64,000 bases of DNA, taken from the NCBI GenBank assembly GCA_964016885.1, contig OZ024745.1:36084001-36148000 (forward strand), in the 5' to 3' direction. The translations under genes were made by a program, and so were the position numbers. This stretch comes from Eledone cirrhosa (taxonomy: Eukaryota). The notes under the pieces are model-generated. The model was given only the letters and a program-made list of their open reading frames with translations, was not told the origin of the DNA and ran no database searches. This document shows positions 26,435 through 38,595 of this stretch, piece after piece; within the stretch, counting starts at the first letter, position 1; the number at the start of each line of letters is the position of its first letter.

Positions 26435-28755
26435 TTAAACCATATTTAATGCTGGTCTATATTTTTGAATAAACATATTTTCCTTATTTATTCGTATTTG
26501 TTCTGTTGTATTGTTAGCGCAAAGGTAAAATGGGAAGACTTGGAATTTGGGTGTCTTATTACTTGCGCAAATGTCTAGATGTGCACTTAGTGGTATCTGT
26601 CTCGTGGTTGGATCTCGTAATTGTTGGCGATGAACTGTCATTCTGTTTCTGAGTGTGAGTTTAGTTTGTCCTATATAATCTTCATTGCATCCTTTACATT
26701 TAATGGCATAAATTAGATTTTTTGATGAGCAAGTGAAGTAATTTTTTACAGTAAAATGTACACGTGTTGCCTTCAATGAGGTGAGTGCAGGTTCCACAAT
26801 TAGAACGACCACATTTTTTGATACTTGGTTGTGGGTTTGTGGTAGGTAATTTGGCATTGGTGAGTAATGTTTTCAGTGATTTTGGTTGTCTTTTGCTTTT
26901 GATTATTTGTGTGTTTCAAGGGCTTTTTTCATTCTTGGGTTTTGTTTTATTAGTGGGATGTTCTTGTGAATAGTGTTGTAAGCTTCCGCATTTCTTGGGT
27001 TGTGTGTTGAGATATATGATAGAATATTGGACGTACCTTGAATTTGTTTCTGTTTCCGTAATTCATCAATGCCTATTGCTTTAGCCTTTTCTATTCCATT
27101 ATTTATTAGTAATAGTGGGTACTCTCTCTCGAGTAGAATTTCCTTTAATTCTTGAAGTCTTTTATTTCGCGTTTCATAATTGGAGACAATTGTGCAAATT
27201 CTTCTTGCTAGGTTAAAAGGAATGTTCGTCTTCGTGTGCTTTGGATGGTTGGAGGTGAATAGCAGATATTGTTTGGAATCTGTTGGTTTGTAGTGTATGT
27301 CAGTTTCGATATTTGTGTCTTTTTTTAAGATTAAGATGTCCAGAAACGGGAGTTGATCTTGGCTGTATTCCATTGTGAAATGGATGTGGTTATTGATGCC
27401 GTTTATTAAGTTTTTGAAATCCTTCAGTTGGTCGAGTGTGTGGGACCAAAGAATGAGACAATCATCCAAGTAGCGTTTCCAATTCTCTGATAAATATTTG
27501 TGGAAGTTCAATCCTTATTTTGATTTGGACTGTTCATATATCTGGACTTTTAAGTATGCCATAACTAAGTTGGCATAAGTTGGAGCGGCTTTTGTACCCA
27601 TCGCAGTCCCCGATATTTGCTTGTAAGTATTGCCATCGAAATCAAAAAAGTTGTTCTGTAAGATGAATTTTAATCCCTCGGTCATGAAGCTTTTTTCTAT
27701 TCTGTCAGGTATCTCATTGGGATATTTCTCTAGCCAGAATCCTATTGCTTCTAGTCCGTATTGGTGTGGGATCGTTGTGAAGAGATTCACTACATCGAAA
27801 GACACAATAATAGTGTCGTTGTTGACATGTTTGGGGAGGTGGTTTAAGAGGTCCAGATCGTCTCTTACAAGGCTTGGTATGTGTTTGAGAATTGGTTTCA
27901 ATAGTATGTCTATAAAGTTGCTCAGTCTGTGTGTTTCACATTGTGGGCCCGCTACAATTGGTCTTAATTTAAGGTCTGTGGGGTATTGTGTGTTCACGCA
28001 GGCTGAGGTGGATTGTTTAAAGGCATCGTTGATTATTTTACACTTGTGGATCTTCGAAAGTCCGTAAAGGTTGCTGGTTTTGTATTCAACATTTGTTAAA
28101 TAATCGCGTTCCTTTTTAGTTAGGTCTTCCTGGTATCGATAAATCAGTGTGTTTAATCTGGTCATTATTTTTGATTGCTGGTAGTTTGTTTTACTCTTTC
28201 ATAGTAATTAGTATTTTGTAAGAGAGAGAACATAGAATTTTTATATTTTTCAGCCTCCATAATGACAACAGTACTTCCCTTGTCCGCTTCCTTAATTATA
28301 ATGTCCGTATTGTTTTTTAGTTCATGGATAATCTCCCATTCCCTTCGACTCGTTTTGGGATTGGGTTTAGGTTTCGGTAGTTCATGGTATGGGAAGGTAG
28401 CTATGTGGTCACAAAGTTTGTCCAGAACTCTGTTTCTACCTTTTGTTGGGTTGTAGCTGCTTTTATTCCGTACAATTGATTCGTCGTTATTCTCCTTGTC
28501 AAAGAATTCCTCTGTGAGACGTAATTTTCTACAGAAGTGTGAGATATCGTCATTTATCTCATTGGGGTTAGAGTATTGTGGTGTTGGTGTGAATTTCAGT
28601 CCTTTGGAGAGAATTTTTACTTGTTGGGCTGAGAGGTTTGTATTTGAAAGGTTGATTATTTTCGGTTTTTCAAAATCGGTTTGTGCCACCGGGTGTCGTG
28701 AGTCCTGTAGCCTTGGTCTAACAAATGATTTTTCTGGAATGATTTTTCGATGGGA
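26435..28755 (-). pseudogene. Neptune RT + GIY-YIG ORF (stops/frameshifts)
   Basis: KIINLS, KEADKGSTVV, LRPIVAGP, FDVVNLFTTIP, GTAMGTKAAPTYAN, RYLDD, LIYAIKCKGCNEDYIGQT. Confidence 0.94.
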
Positions 28756-29850
28756 TTATTATATCTAATGCTATTTACCCTGTTGTTGTGTGGTCTTGTA
28801 TAGAAGTTTCGGACGTATTGAGGTTCGGTTTGTTGATAGTCCGGGTTGTAGATTGTGTTCCTTTGTGTGGGTTGGGATCTACGGTTTCGGAACAGGCTCT
28901 ATGTGGGCATGGGGTCTACGGTTTTGGAATAGGTTTTGTGTGGGTTGTGATCTGCGGATCAGGTCCTGCCTTGTGTTCGGGGATCTTTGGTTTTTGTTAG
29001 TAGGGTTATAGTTTTGTCTATGGTTTCTGGGATTATCGTTATAGTTTTGCTGTTGGACGTTTTGTTACCTTTTTTGTTATCTGTTGTGCATGTGGTGTGT
29101 GAGTTTTAGTTTGTTTTAAAAATGGGTTACGTGTATGTTGTTCATTTTTGAAGTCCATTTCGTAGTTGTTGAACCAGGTGGCGTTTTTTCCCATCGCTGG
29201 AGGGATGTTAGTTCTTCATCCGCACAGTTTTCTTTCCAAAGTTTTAGGGGTTTTTTGTAGAGTAGGCCTTTAGAGTGCTTTGAGATTTCTGTGTCCATCT
29301 GTTGGTCGAGTGACTTGAATTTTTCTTCGTTGGAGTTGGCTCTCAATCGCAACAGTTCTATTTCTGTTTTAAATTTTTCCAACGCCATCTTTTCCCTAAG
29401 TCTTTTTTGGTTTTCTGGTTCATTCGGGATGGGTTTTATTTGGAGTTTTTTGGGGAGGATGATTGGGGTAGAGTTTAGCCACTTTTCATATATGTCTGCC
29501 TTGCCATTATTTTTTAGGAGATTCCAAAGGGCGAATTTGCGGGCTGTGAGCTTTTGAGTCCATATGTTGATTAGGGTGTTTTTCACTGAGTGGACATCTG
29601 GTAGATTGGGTTCTAACGGTTGTTCCAGCTTTTGGAGCATTGCTGTTTCAATGGTTTCGATTAGCTTAGTTAATACTGGAGTAATATTCGTCTCTTGGGT
29701 ATTTTCTGTTTCTTCGTGGGGTCCTTTTTTATAGATGTGTATTTGGTCCACTTTGTTGGTCAAAATTGAGAGCTTAGAGGAAATCTCTTTGAGTTCATTT
29801 AAGATGTCCTGGTTCAGTGAGTTGTTGTTTTGTTGAGACTTTGGTGGCAT
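28656..29850 (-). pseudogene. Upstream ORF1-like region of the Neptune PLE (helical/coiled-coil domain + N/Q/R-rich tail)
   Basis: ATG at 29850 lies just inside the 5' pLTR boundary, followed by a 244-aa open segment. A frameshifted continuation ends ...NHLLDQGYRTHDTRWHKPILKNRK* at 28656. Confidence 0.7.
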
Positions 29851-30378
29851 TTTCGGTCTTCGTGTGGTGGGTATATATTAGAAAATGTGGGTTTTTTTAC
29901 AAATTTAAAAATAACCGAGGTGTCCTACAAGAGTGAAAGTATAAAGAAAAAGAGATGAAATCGAAAATGCAACTGGAGTCTTATTTTTTTTTAAATATAT
30001 ATATTTATTTGGTTTCTTTACCGGTTTCGCAGTTCTTCTTCTTTTCAAAAGTAGAGTTGAGATGGAGGGTCTGTGGTTTTTCTCACATCTGGTTGGTCTC
30101 TGAATGTTACTTGTTTTATATGTAAAAAGTGACTCGAAATGCTAGGTTTTTCGAGAAGTAATTTGATTGGTTGGTCAATAATTATAATAAATTTCGCGCC
30201 AGTTCGCGTTACAATAGTTCTTCAAATAAGAGGGGGGTGTCACAGGTTGTTTTTTTCACATATGAGTGTTTGAATTTCTTTTTACTTGAATATATATATA
30301 TATATATTTCGTTTCTGAATTTCGTTTCTGAATTTGTTTACCAAGATTCTCATTGGCAACATCACACTCCCAAAGCAT

Positions 30379-31915
<1,537 letters not shown>

Positions 31916-33407
31916 TATATATATATAAAGTCGATATCTACAGTCGAGACCAATCTATACACACATCTCTCCTTTCGTTAATATTACTATTTTACATTAA
32001 AATATTATCACGAATCTTTACTATCGAATCCAGTATTTTCTGCAACTTCTGAACTTCTATTCCCGCCGAGGTTTTTCCTATAGTCACTATAAGCAAAACA
32101 TCAATAGTATCAAACCTACAGTAATTGTGGTCCTGAAAAAATCATGTTTTTTATATCATATACATTCTCCAATTCTTAAAAAAAAAACATTCTCACATTT
32201 GTGTATTACTAGTGTTAGAATTTACATATTTGTGTAGGTATAATTCATTTGACATTTTACTCGTTGCCTTTATTTATTTTTTTTGTTTTTGTTTTTGTTT
32301 TTGTTTTTGTTTTTGTTTTTCTTTTTCTTTTTTGGGGGAGTTTTGGGACTGCTTTCGATAATATATAGATTTCCTGTATCTCTGTTAAGGAAAACCATAC
32401 AAAACTTATTTCTTGCTTTTCCGTGTGTCTAAAAAGTGGTATAACCTTTATATTGTGGAAAAAATATCTCTTTACGTCACCATGGCTAATTTTATCATTA
32501 ATCTTTCAATTACCGCAAAGCATTTTGTACCGAAACTTAATGTTTTACGCAATGTTTTTATTAGAATCCGTCTATCTTAATAGTTTTTGTATGTTTTCTA
32601 TAAATATTGACTTTCAAATAGAGTGAAATTATTTGAAATTTAAAGAAGATATCACTTCTAAGAGTGTATGTTCTAATACCCTAGCGACTGTATTTGTTTG
32701 AATACAATTCTTAGTTATATTATCATATGCTACGTTTTATCCATTCAGAAGTGTGTACGTTCTTCGTAAGGAAGATATCGCTTTATTCAAATTAACCATA
32801 TGCAACTTAGCGCTAATGGAATGTATTTCTATGTAGCAACACAAGTAATTAGAAATATAATGAAAATGACGTATCTAGTATTATTTTACAATATCTCACA
32901 CCTGCTCCTATAATAATATTGAATACAGAGCCTATTAAAATATAACATACGATACCAGTGAGATTAGTTTAGTTCCACAAGAGAACAGGACAGCTGGAAT
33001 TGGCTGAGAAATCTGAAATAAAAATATAGGGCTTTCTCCTAGTAGTTTAGGAAGAGGAATGAGTTACATAAGGTACTGATTCTCTGGAAGTTATTTTGAA
33101 GTATGTTGAGAATGATATAGAACATTTTTACAGAAACAATATTTTACGTAAAGTTTTCGTTGGAATCCGTTTATGATAATAGATTTAGTACATGGGAATG
33201 CATGTTTTTTCTGATGAATAGAGGAATGTGTAACATTGTCCTTGGTATTCTTATGCCATTATGGATGCAGAAATACAAAATTTGTTTGGAAATATATATA
33301 ACTATGATTTATGAAGTTCCATTTAAAAGTTTTCTTCAAAAACTAGATAGTAAAATCGGAAATATAGTGTATCAACTGTATGTTTTATACAAACTGAATT
33401 CATCCTG

Positions 33408-33451
<44 letters not shown>

Positions 33452-33545
33452 GTGGAAGACTGGAAGGTAATATCCGTAGTGGTAGAGCACTCAGTCCAAG
33501 GGACGAGTTAGGTAGAAGTGGTTACACAACAGTCAATTCACCATA

Positions 33546-33585
33546 CCGAGAACAATTGTTTCACCTTCGCGGATCTTCAGTTCGG
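33546..33585 (-). ncRNA. Minimal hammerhead motif
   Basis: CCGAA-CTGAAGA-T-CCgcgaaGG-T-GAAAC-AATT-GTT-CTCGG with palindromic AACAATTGTT. A related copy lies at 38416-38456. Confidence 0.7.
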
Positions 33586-33749
33586 AATGTGTATGGTTAT
33601 ACGAACAGGAAGCACAACCGTACGAACGCGCATGCGCAGAAACTCAGTCACTTCACACAGGCACTACTAGACTGCGTGCGGGATGTGTAAGGGAGACAAG
33701 TGCGGAAAGTTTTTAGGTTGAAAATAAAATAAAAAAATGAAAAATAAAA

Positions 33750-35850
33750 TTACAAAGAATCAGTCCGGAGCCTTGTAGTTATGCAATAGATGTTTGGTGA
33801 CGTGTGGGCATCGTGTGAAAAATTCACTCTTGTGTTTAGGCAATCACTATTGCGTAATCTCTTTAGGATATTTATTCGTTCGTCAATACATAAGCTACAC
33901 GTCGGATTTCCCCTTGCGTATGGCTTGGACTTACTGATGGATTTCCATTGAATGGAGTAGCCTATAATTGAGTCCTTGAGGGACCATATGTGGCTCGCGA
34001 GTTTCGTGGATGAACGTCTGTCCGGGTATCTGAAGGTAGACTGGTGGTTCAGGAAACGCTCCTTGAATCGGCCCTCCGCCATGCCCACATAGGATTTGAC
34101 CTCCTGTGGTTCGTTTGGTCGGTTGGAAGTGACCACAGCTTCATAGATTACAGCTAGTGTGTTGCATTGCTGTTGAAGGGGGCAAGCTTCAGGCCTACGG
34201 GAAGAGCACCCTGGTGGGGTGTTGCTCCTAGGGCTGCTGGTGATGTGGGCCTTCATGTTCTTAGCGCAGGAGTATCCTAGTTTAACTTTGTGTCGGCTAA
34301 AGATGGAGCGGTATTTATGACATATGGGGAAGTGTCTATCTAAGAGGGCTAGACATGTTTTCCTACATTGGTTTTAACGTTGAGTGAGAATGGAGGAGAG
34401 AACCAGATAGTTTGTCTATTGATACACTTACTTTTCTTAATGGTGTTGTTGCTAGTGGGAGAGTAGGTGATAGGTTGTGAGAAGCCGCTGTTAGCCAATG
34501 CCATGTTATAGTAGGGTGCCGCCCTGTCAAACATAGCCTTATTAGAGGAGAGGTTTGAGATTCTAGTACTGATATTCTTAACGAAGTTCTAAAAGCAGTG
34601 GGAGGGTGGCATGAGTCCTTGTGAATGTAATTAAGTTTCTTGTTTAGCTTATGAAAGGGTCTGTGGGTGTGTGTGCGAAGGTCTAAATTAATGTCTAAGA
34701 AATCTACGCTAGAGAGTTTGGTGGCTACTGTTATCCTAAGGCCTAACTCATTGAAGCTAGAAGCTAAGTCTTTTTTAAACCGGTCGAGGTCGTGACCACT
34801 TTTATGGCTCGAAAAAGTCAGTCCATTGTCACGGTATATTCCCGTGTGGAAGGGCGGGAATCTAATACGTAATATGTCTAAGATAAACAGGCCAACCAAG
34901 TCGCATACGTCAGCACTGTCAAACGATCCCATGGAGACGTCGAACACGTCTGAAGATGTAGACTTCTTTGCCCAGGCTACTCCGTCGTTGAAGAGGATGG
35001 TTTTCCCTGTCTAAACCATCGACGGTGGTATAAGTGGTAGCGAAGTCCAACGCTTTGTTTAACACGGTCTCTGAGATCGACGGGTAAAAATCGACAATGT
35101 CAAACTGTGTGAACTTCGCTTTTTTGGAGTTTACGGAGTTAAACCACTTAATTACAGAGTCGTTGTTCTCCCACTGGGGCAGGTTGGACTTGGTCCTAAT
35201 GGTCTTAACTATGTTTCTAAGTATGGCCTTACTGACTAGTCCCATATCTGTGCGTACCGCGTTTATTAGTCTACATGTGGGGTTAGAAGTAAAGTCTACC
35301 TTGTGATCTTTCATGGTGAGGAACGCCTTCCGCTTAGCTAGAGATTGTAGCTTCCTATCTACCTTAAGGTCGGTGGCGAGTTCCTTGGCTTCTGTATTAA
35401 TGTCGTGGTAGGCCATAGTGTTAACCTTCTTATATTTATAAGTAATAGCGTTATGGGCCAGGTGGTGGAAAGTGGTGTTGTCGACTTCGTAAATATTATT
35501 AGTTTTCTCGGAAAGGACGAAGGTTTTATTAGAAGACCTAAATTTCTTAATATCGTTTCTGAGTTTCGTTTGAAAGGTGTTAGTGTGTTTGCGAAAGGAA
35601 ATGTTAGCGACTAAGTCAAGAAGGTCCGTCTCGAAAGGAGCAAGTTCGGTTACCTTAGGAGGGTAGGCTCTCGATTTCAGGTTGAAGGTGTTGTTTGTGC
35701 CTGTAATTTTGTCGTCGAAAGCTAGGGCTCGCCATATTAAGCGTCTGGCGACATCTTCCTCTTTTTGTAGGAGGAGCTTTTGGTAAACATGGTTGGAGGG
35801 AGTTGGAATGTTCTTCAGGGAGTAATTCAGTTCGTATAAATCCATACTGA
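33750..35850 (-). pseudogene. Naiad RT + GIY-YIG ORF (frameshifted, catalytic DD>DN)
   Basis: LNYSLKNIP, FTQFDIVDFYPSI, FDVSMGSFDSADVCDLVG, YRDNGL, YVGMAEGRFKERFLNH, CSLCIDE. Confidence 0.92.
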
Positions 35851-36240
35851 CGTTGATGAGACGCAAAATTGTGTAGGACAAGTGGATATATAGAGCGCTC
35901 TCAGGGTAGTAAGCCAAACTCGCATGTCGTGAAGAATCTGCTAAAAGCCAAACTTCTACGTAGTGAGGAGAATCTGCTGACCGGTGCTGGAGACTGGCGA
36001 GTCCTAGCTTTCGACGGCAAAATTACAGGCACAAACAACACCTTCAACCTGAAATCGAGAGCCTACCCTCCTAAGGTAACCGAACTTGCTCCTTTCGAGA
36101 CGGACCTTCTTTACTTAAAGAGGCTGCTTTCATAATTGCAAACGAATCGATTATTATCATTAATATTCAAAAAAATACATTTATTGTATTCAGCCATACA
36201 GAGCGATAACTTTTTGTTAATATTATATATATTTATATAG

Positions 36241-36430
36241 GGCAGGGAATTGGAAGTATCGGTAGAGAGTCGGACGCCATGCTTTCTAGCATAGTTACGT
36301 CCCTTTACAGTCTGAGTTCAAATCCAGCCGAGGTTGACTTTGCCTTTCATCCTTCCTGGGTCGATAAAACAAAGTACCAGTAATCTACTGGCTAATTGCT
36401 GGCCTTGTGCCTAAAGTAGAAACAATTATA
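36241..36430 (+). mobile_element. SINE copy
   Basis: Full head, B-box, body and tail of the 7204 family. Confidence 0.9.
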
Positions 36431-36679
36431 TATATTTATATATATTCTAATACACACCAAAGCGTGCACCCTAAAATTGTACTAAATATGTTAATATAAG
36501 TATATTAGCATATACTCGTATGAGGTTAAACACTTTAACCACATCTCGTTACCTATGTCAATAAATCATTGCCAAGTAACTGAGATTAATTTATCAAGAT
36601 ACAAATGAGAGATACTGATTTGGAAATAATGAATATTTAGTGATATATTTATAATTATAATTTATTTAATAATACTATC

Positions 36680-36960
36680 TAACCACTATAATTTAGAGAG
36701 TAACTAACGGGAAAATTTGTCTTCTTATGAAATAATTATTCTCTGATAAATCTTTGCAGACAAGATAGAGTAAATAAAGTTTGGATATACAAGTCAAACT
36801 CTTCTGTTGTGTCCCAGTTTTTGATGAATTGTTATAAAAGATGATGGAAAAAACATTCGAATGGATCCAGAGTTGTTACAGCATAGGATTGAATACCGGG
36901 GTATTTTCTACAGCTCATTTCAAATTCCACCGAGGAAAAACGTTGCCTTTCATTCAATTG
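36680..36960 (-). mobile_element. Possible decayed Tc1/mariner transposase C-terminus
   Basis: Weak resemblance only: ...LDPFECFFHHLL*QFIKNWDTTEEFDLYIQTLF...YQRII versus the mariner LAPSD-LF..L.NFL...EE...FF...FY.GI pattern. Confidence 0.25.
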
Positions 36961-37417
36961 GGGCCGAATAATATAATATCAATTCAGGTAAGTGTATATG
37001 GTGGAATTGGTAAAATGCGGAATGGCAGTTGGCAGTACATGCTCTGACTTTCTGCTTTATGAGTTTAGATCACTCCTACCTTTTCCCTGACATTGACCGG
37101 GAGATAGCATCTATATAAATTCAATGTGATCATAGTTTATTTTGTCTTCCTTTAGCTTTAGATCGTAAAACATATATGGTTGCAAAATTGCCACCAACAT
37201 TATTTTTGGAAAGCTTTATACTGTCAAGTAAGATGACATTAAGGTACTAATAGAAATAAAGAGTTATCTCCATGACTGAATGAATGCCCTTTTATATACA
37301 ATGTATCGGCGTCACGGACCGCTTAATAAAAGAAAGTTTTCAGAACTCTCTTACGAAATGGTTAAAAGACTGAAAGTAAAGACTTTGCTCATGTTTACGG
37401 TATAATGACACCATATT

Positions 37418-37528
37418 TATAGCCAAACTTGGACAATCCCCGATACGACATAGCTATAGCCAAACTTGGACAATCCCCGATAAGACACAGGTGTAGCCAA
37501 ATTTGAACGAATCCCTGATACAACAAAC
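37418..37528. repeat. 37-bp minisatellite, 3 copies
   Basis: tatagccaaacttggacaatccccgata... repeated head to tail, with the third copy diverged. Confidence 0.8.
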
Positions 37529-38190
37529 ATACCAAGACGATAATAAATTAGTTCAGCAACATTAGAATAGTACTGGGAAGGAAATGACGGAGGATATGAA
37601 GGCGGCTATATGGCGGAAAGTATCAGGTGTGGGCGGTGAATATCTTGCTTTCGTTAGCTTAATTCATGTTCAATAAATCAGAATCCTTGTATAGATTTTG
37701 GGATATGATAGATCGAATAATTGAATGTAGATTGGGTTATCCGAAACATAAAACTAGTCAGAACGTACTGCATGATAACCAGTTTTTACGATTCATTACT
37801 CATACAAAATGCTAAAATTATTGACAGCCATTTGTATGGTTTTAACTTCATATGGGATTTTTTCGAATCAGCAGAATTACTCGTTAGTTCATTTGTACTT
37901 ATATGATGTGCATTGTATTGTTTGTGTAAACAGGTTTGAGATTTATTGATACAAAACTATTGGTTAGTTCCGAGAGTTACGTTTATGACTAAGCATTGTT
38001 ATGGTGGACTTTACTATGTTTTCTCTAATTATTGGTTTTAACATAATTTATTGGCTTAACATTAATTCCAATGAGGTTTAGCCAGTACAAATTCAATATG
38101 AACAAAGGTATATTGATTTCAACGTATATAAAATTGGTGGATTGATTTATCATACCACGTAGCGAGTATTTCTGCCCTATCTGTGAACAC

Positions 38191-38221
<31 letters not shown>

Positions 38222-38229
38222 TATATATA

Positions 38230-38310
<81 letters not shown>

Positions 38311-38313
<3 letters not shown>

Positions 38314-38560
38314 TATAATAGTAGAACAGTCTTGGGTTATATCCGGAGTAGTAGAGCACTCAGTCAGTGGGGCGAGTTTGGTAGAAGTAGTTTCATAACA
38401 GTTAATTCGCCATTTCCCAGAACAATTATTTCACCTTGGTCGGATCATCAGCTCGGTTTGTACGGAAAATCTCATGCAATTCCGTACAGTCTCATTTAAG
38501 CCGAGCTGATAATCCGACTAACCTAAAACAATTGGTGAATTAACTGTTGTGGAACTACAT
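38311..38560 (-). repeat. Solo pLTR (family of 33447) with HHR 38416-38456 and short inverted copy
   Basis: gtagagcactcagtc..gg.cgagtt.ggtagaagt is shared with 33480-33520. CCGAG-CTGATGA-T-CC..GG-T-GAAAT-AATT-GTT. Confidence 0.7.
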
Positions 38561-38595
38561 CAATCTATAAATCTATTTATCTATCTATCTATCTA

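Larger units (their letters stand above)
24872..30292 (-). mobile_element. Full-length Neptune-type PLE with direct pLTRs
   Basis: Direct repeats 24872-~25290 and 29875-30292. The long 3' UTR has internal duplications and (GT)n. Both ends lie in (TA)n. Confidence 0.92.
33447..36112 (-). mobile_element. Near full-length Naiad-type PLE with 5' inverted duplication
   Basis: pLTR at 33447-33750. 35995-36110 is an inverted copy of 35619-35734. Confidence 0.88.

Noticed and set aside
36753-36993. Plus-strand exon (tttgcAG ... CAG|GTAAGT)
   Set aside because: All three frames contain stops between the sites. A decayed repeat is an equally good explanation.
37418-37528. 37-bp repeats as a CRISPR array
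   Set aside because: Head-to-tail minisatellite with no unique spacers, in a eukaryotic context with no cas genes.
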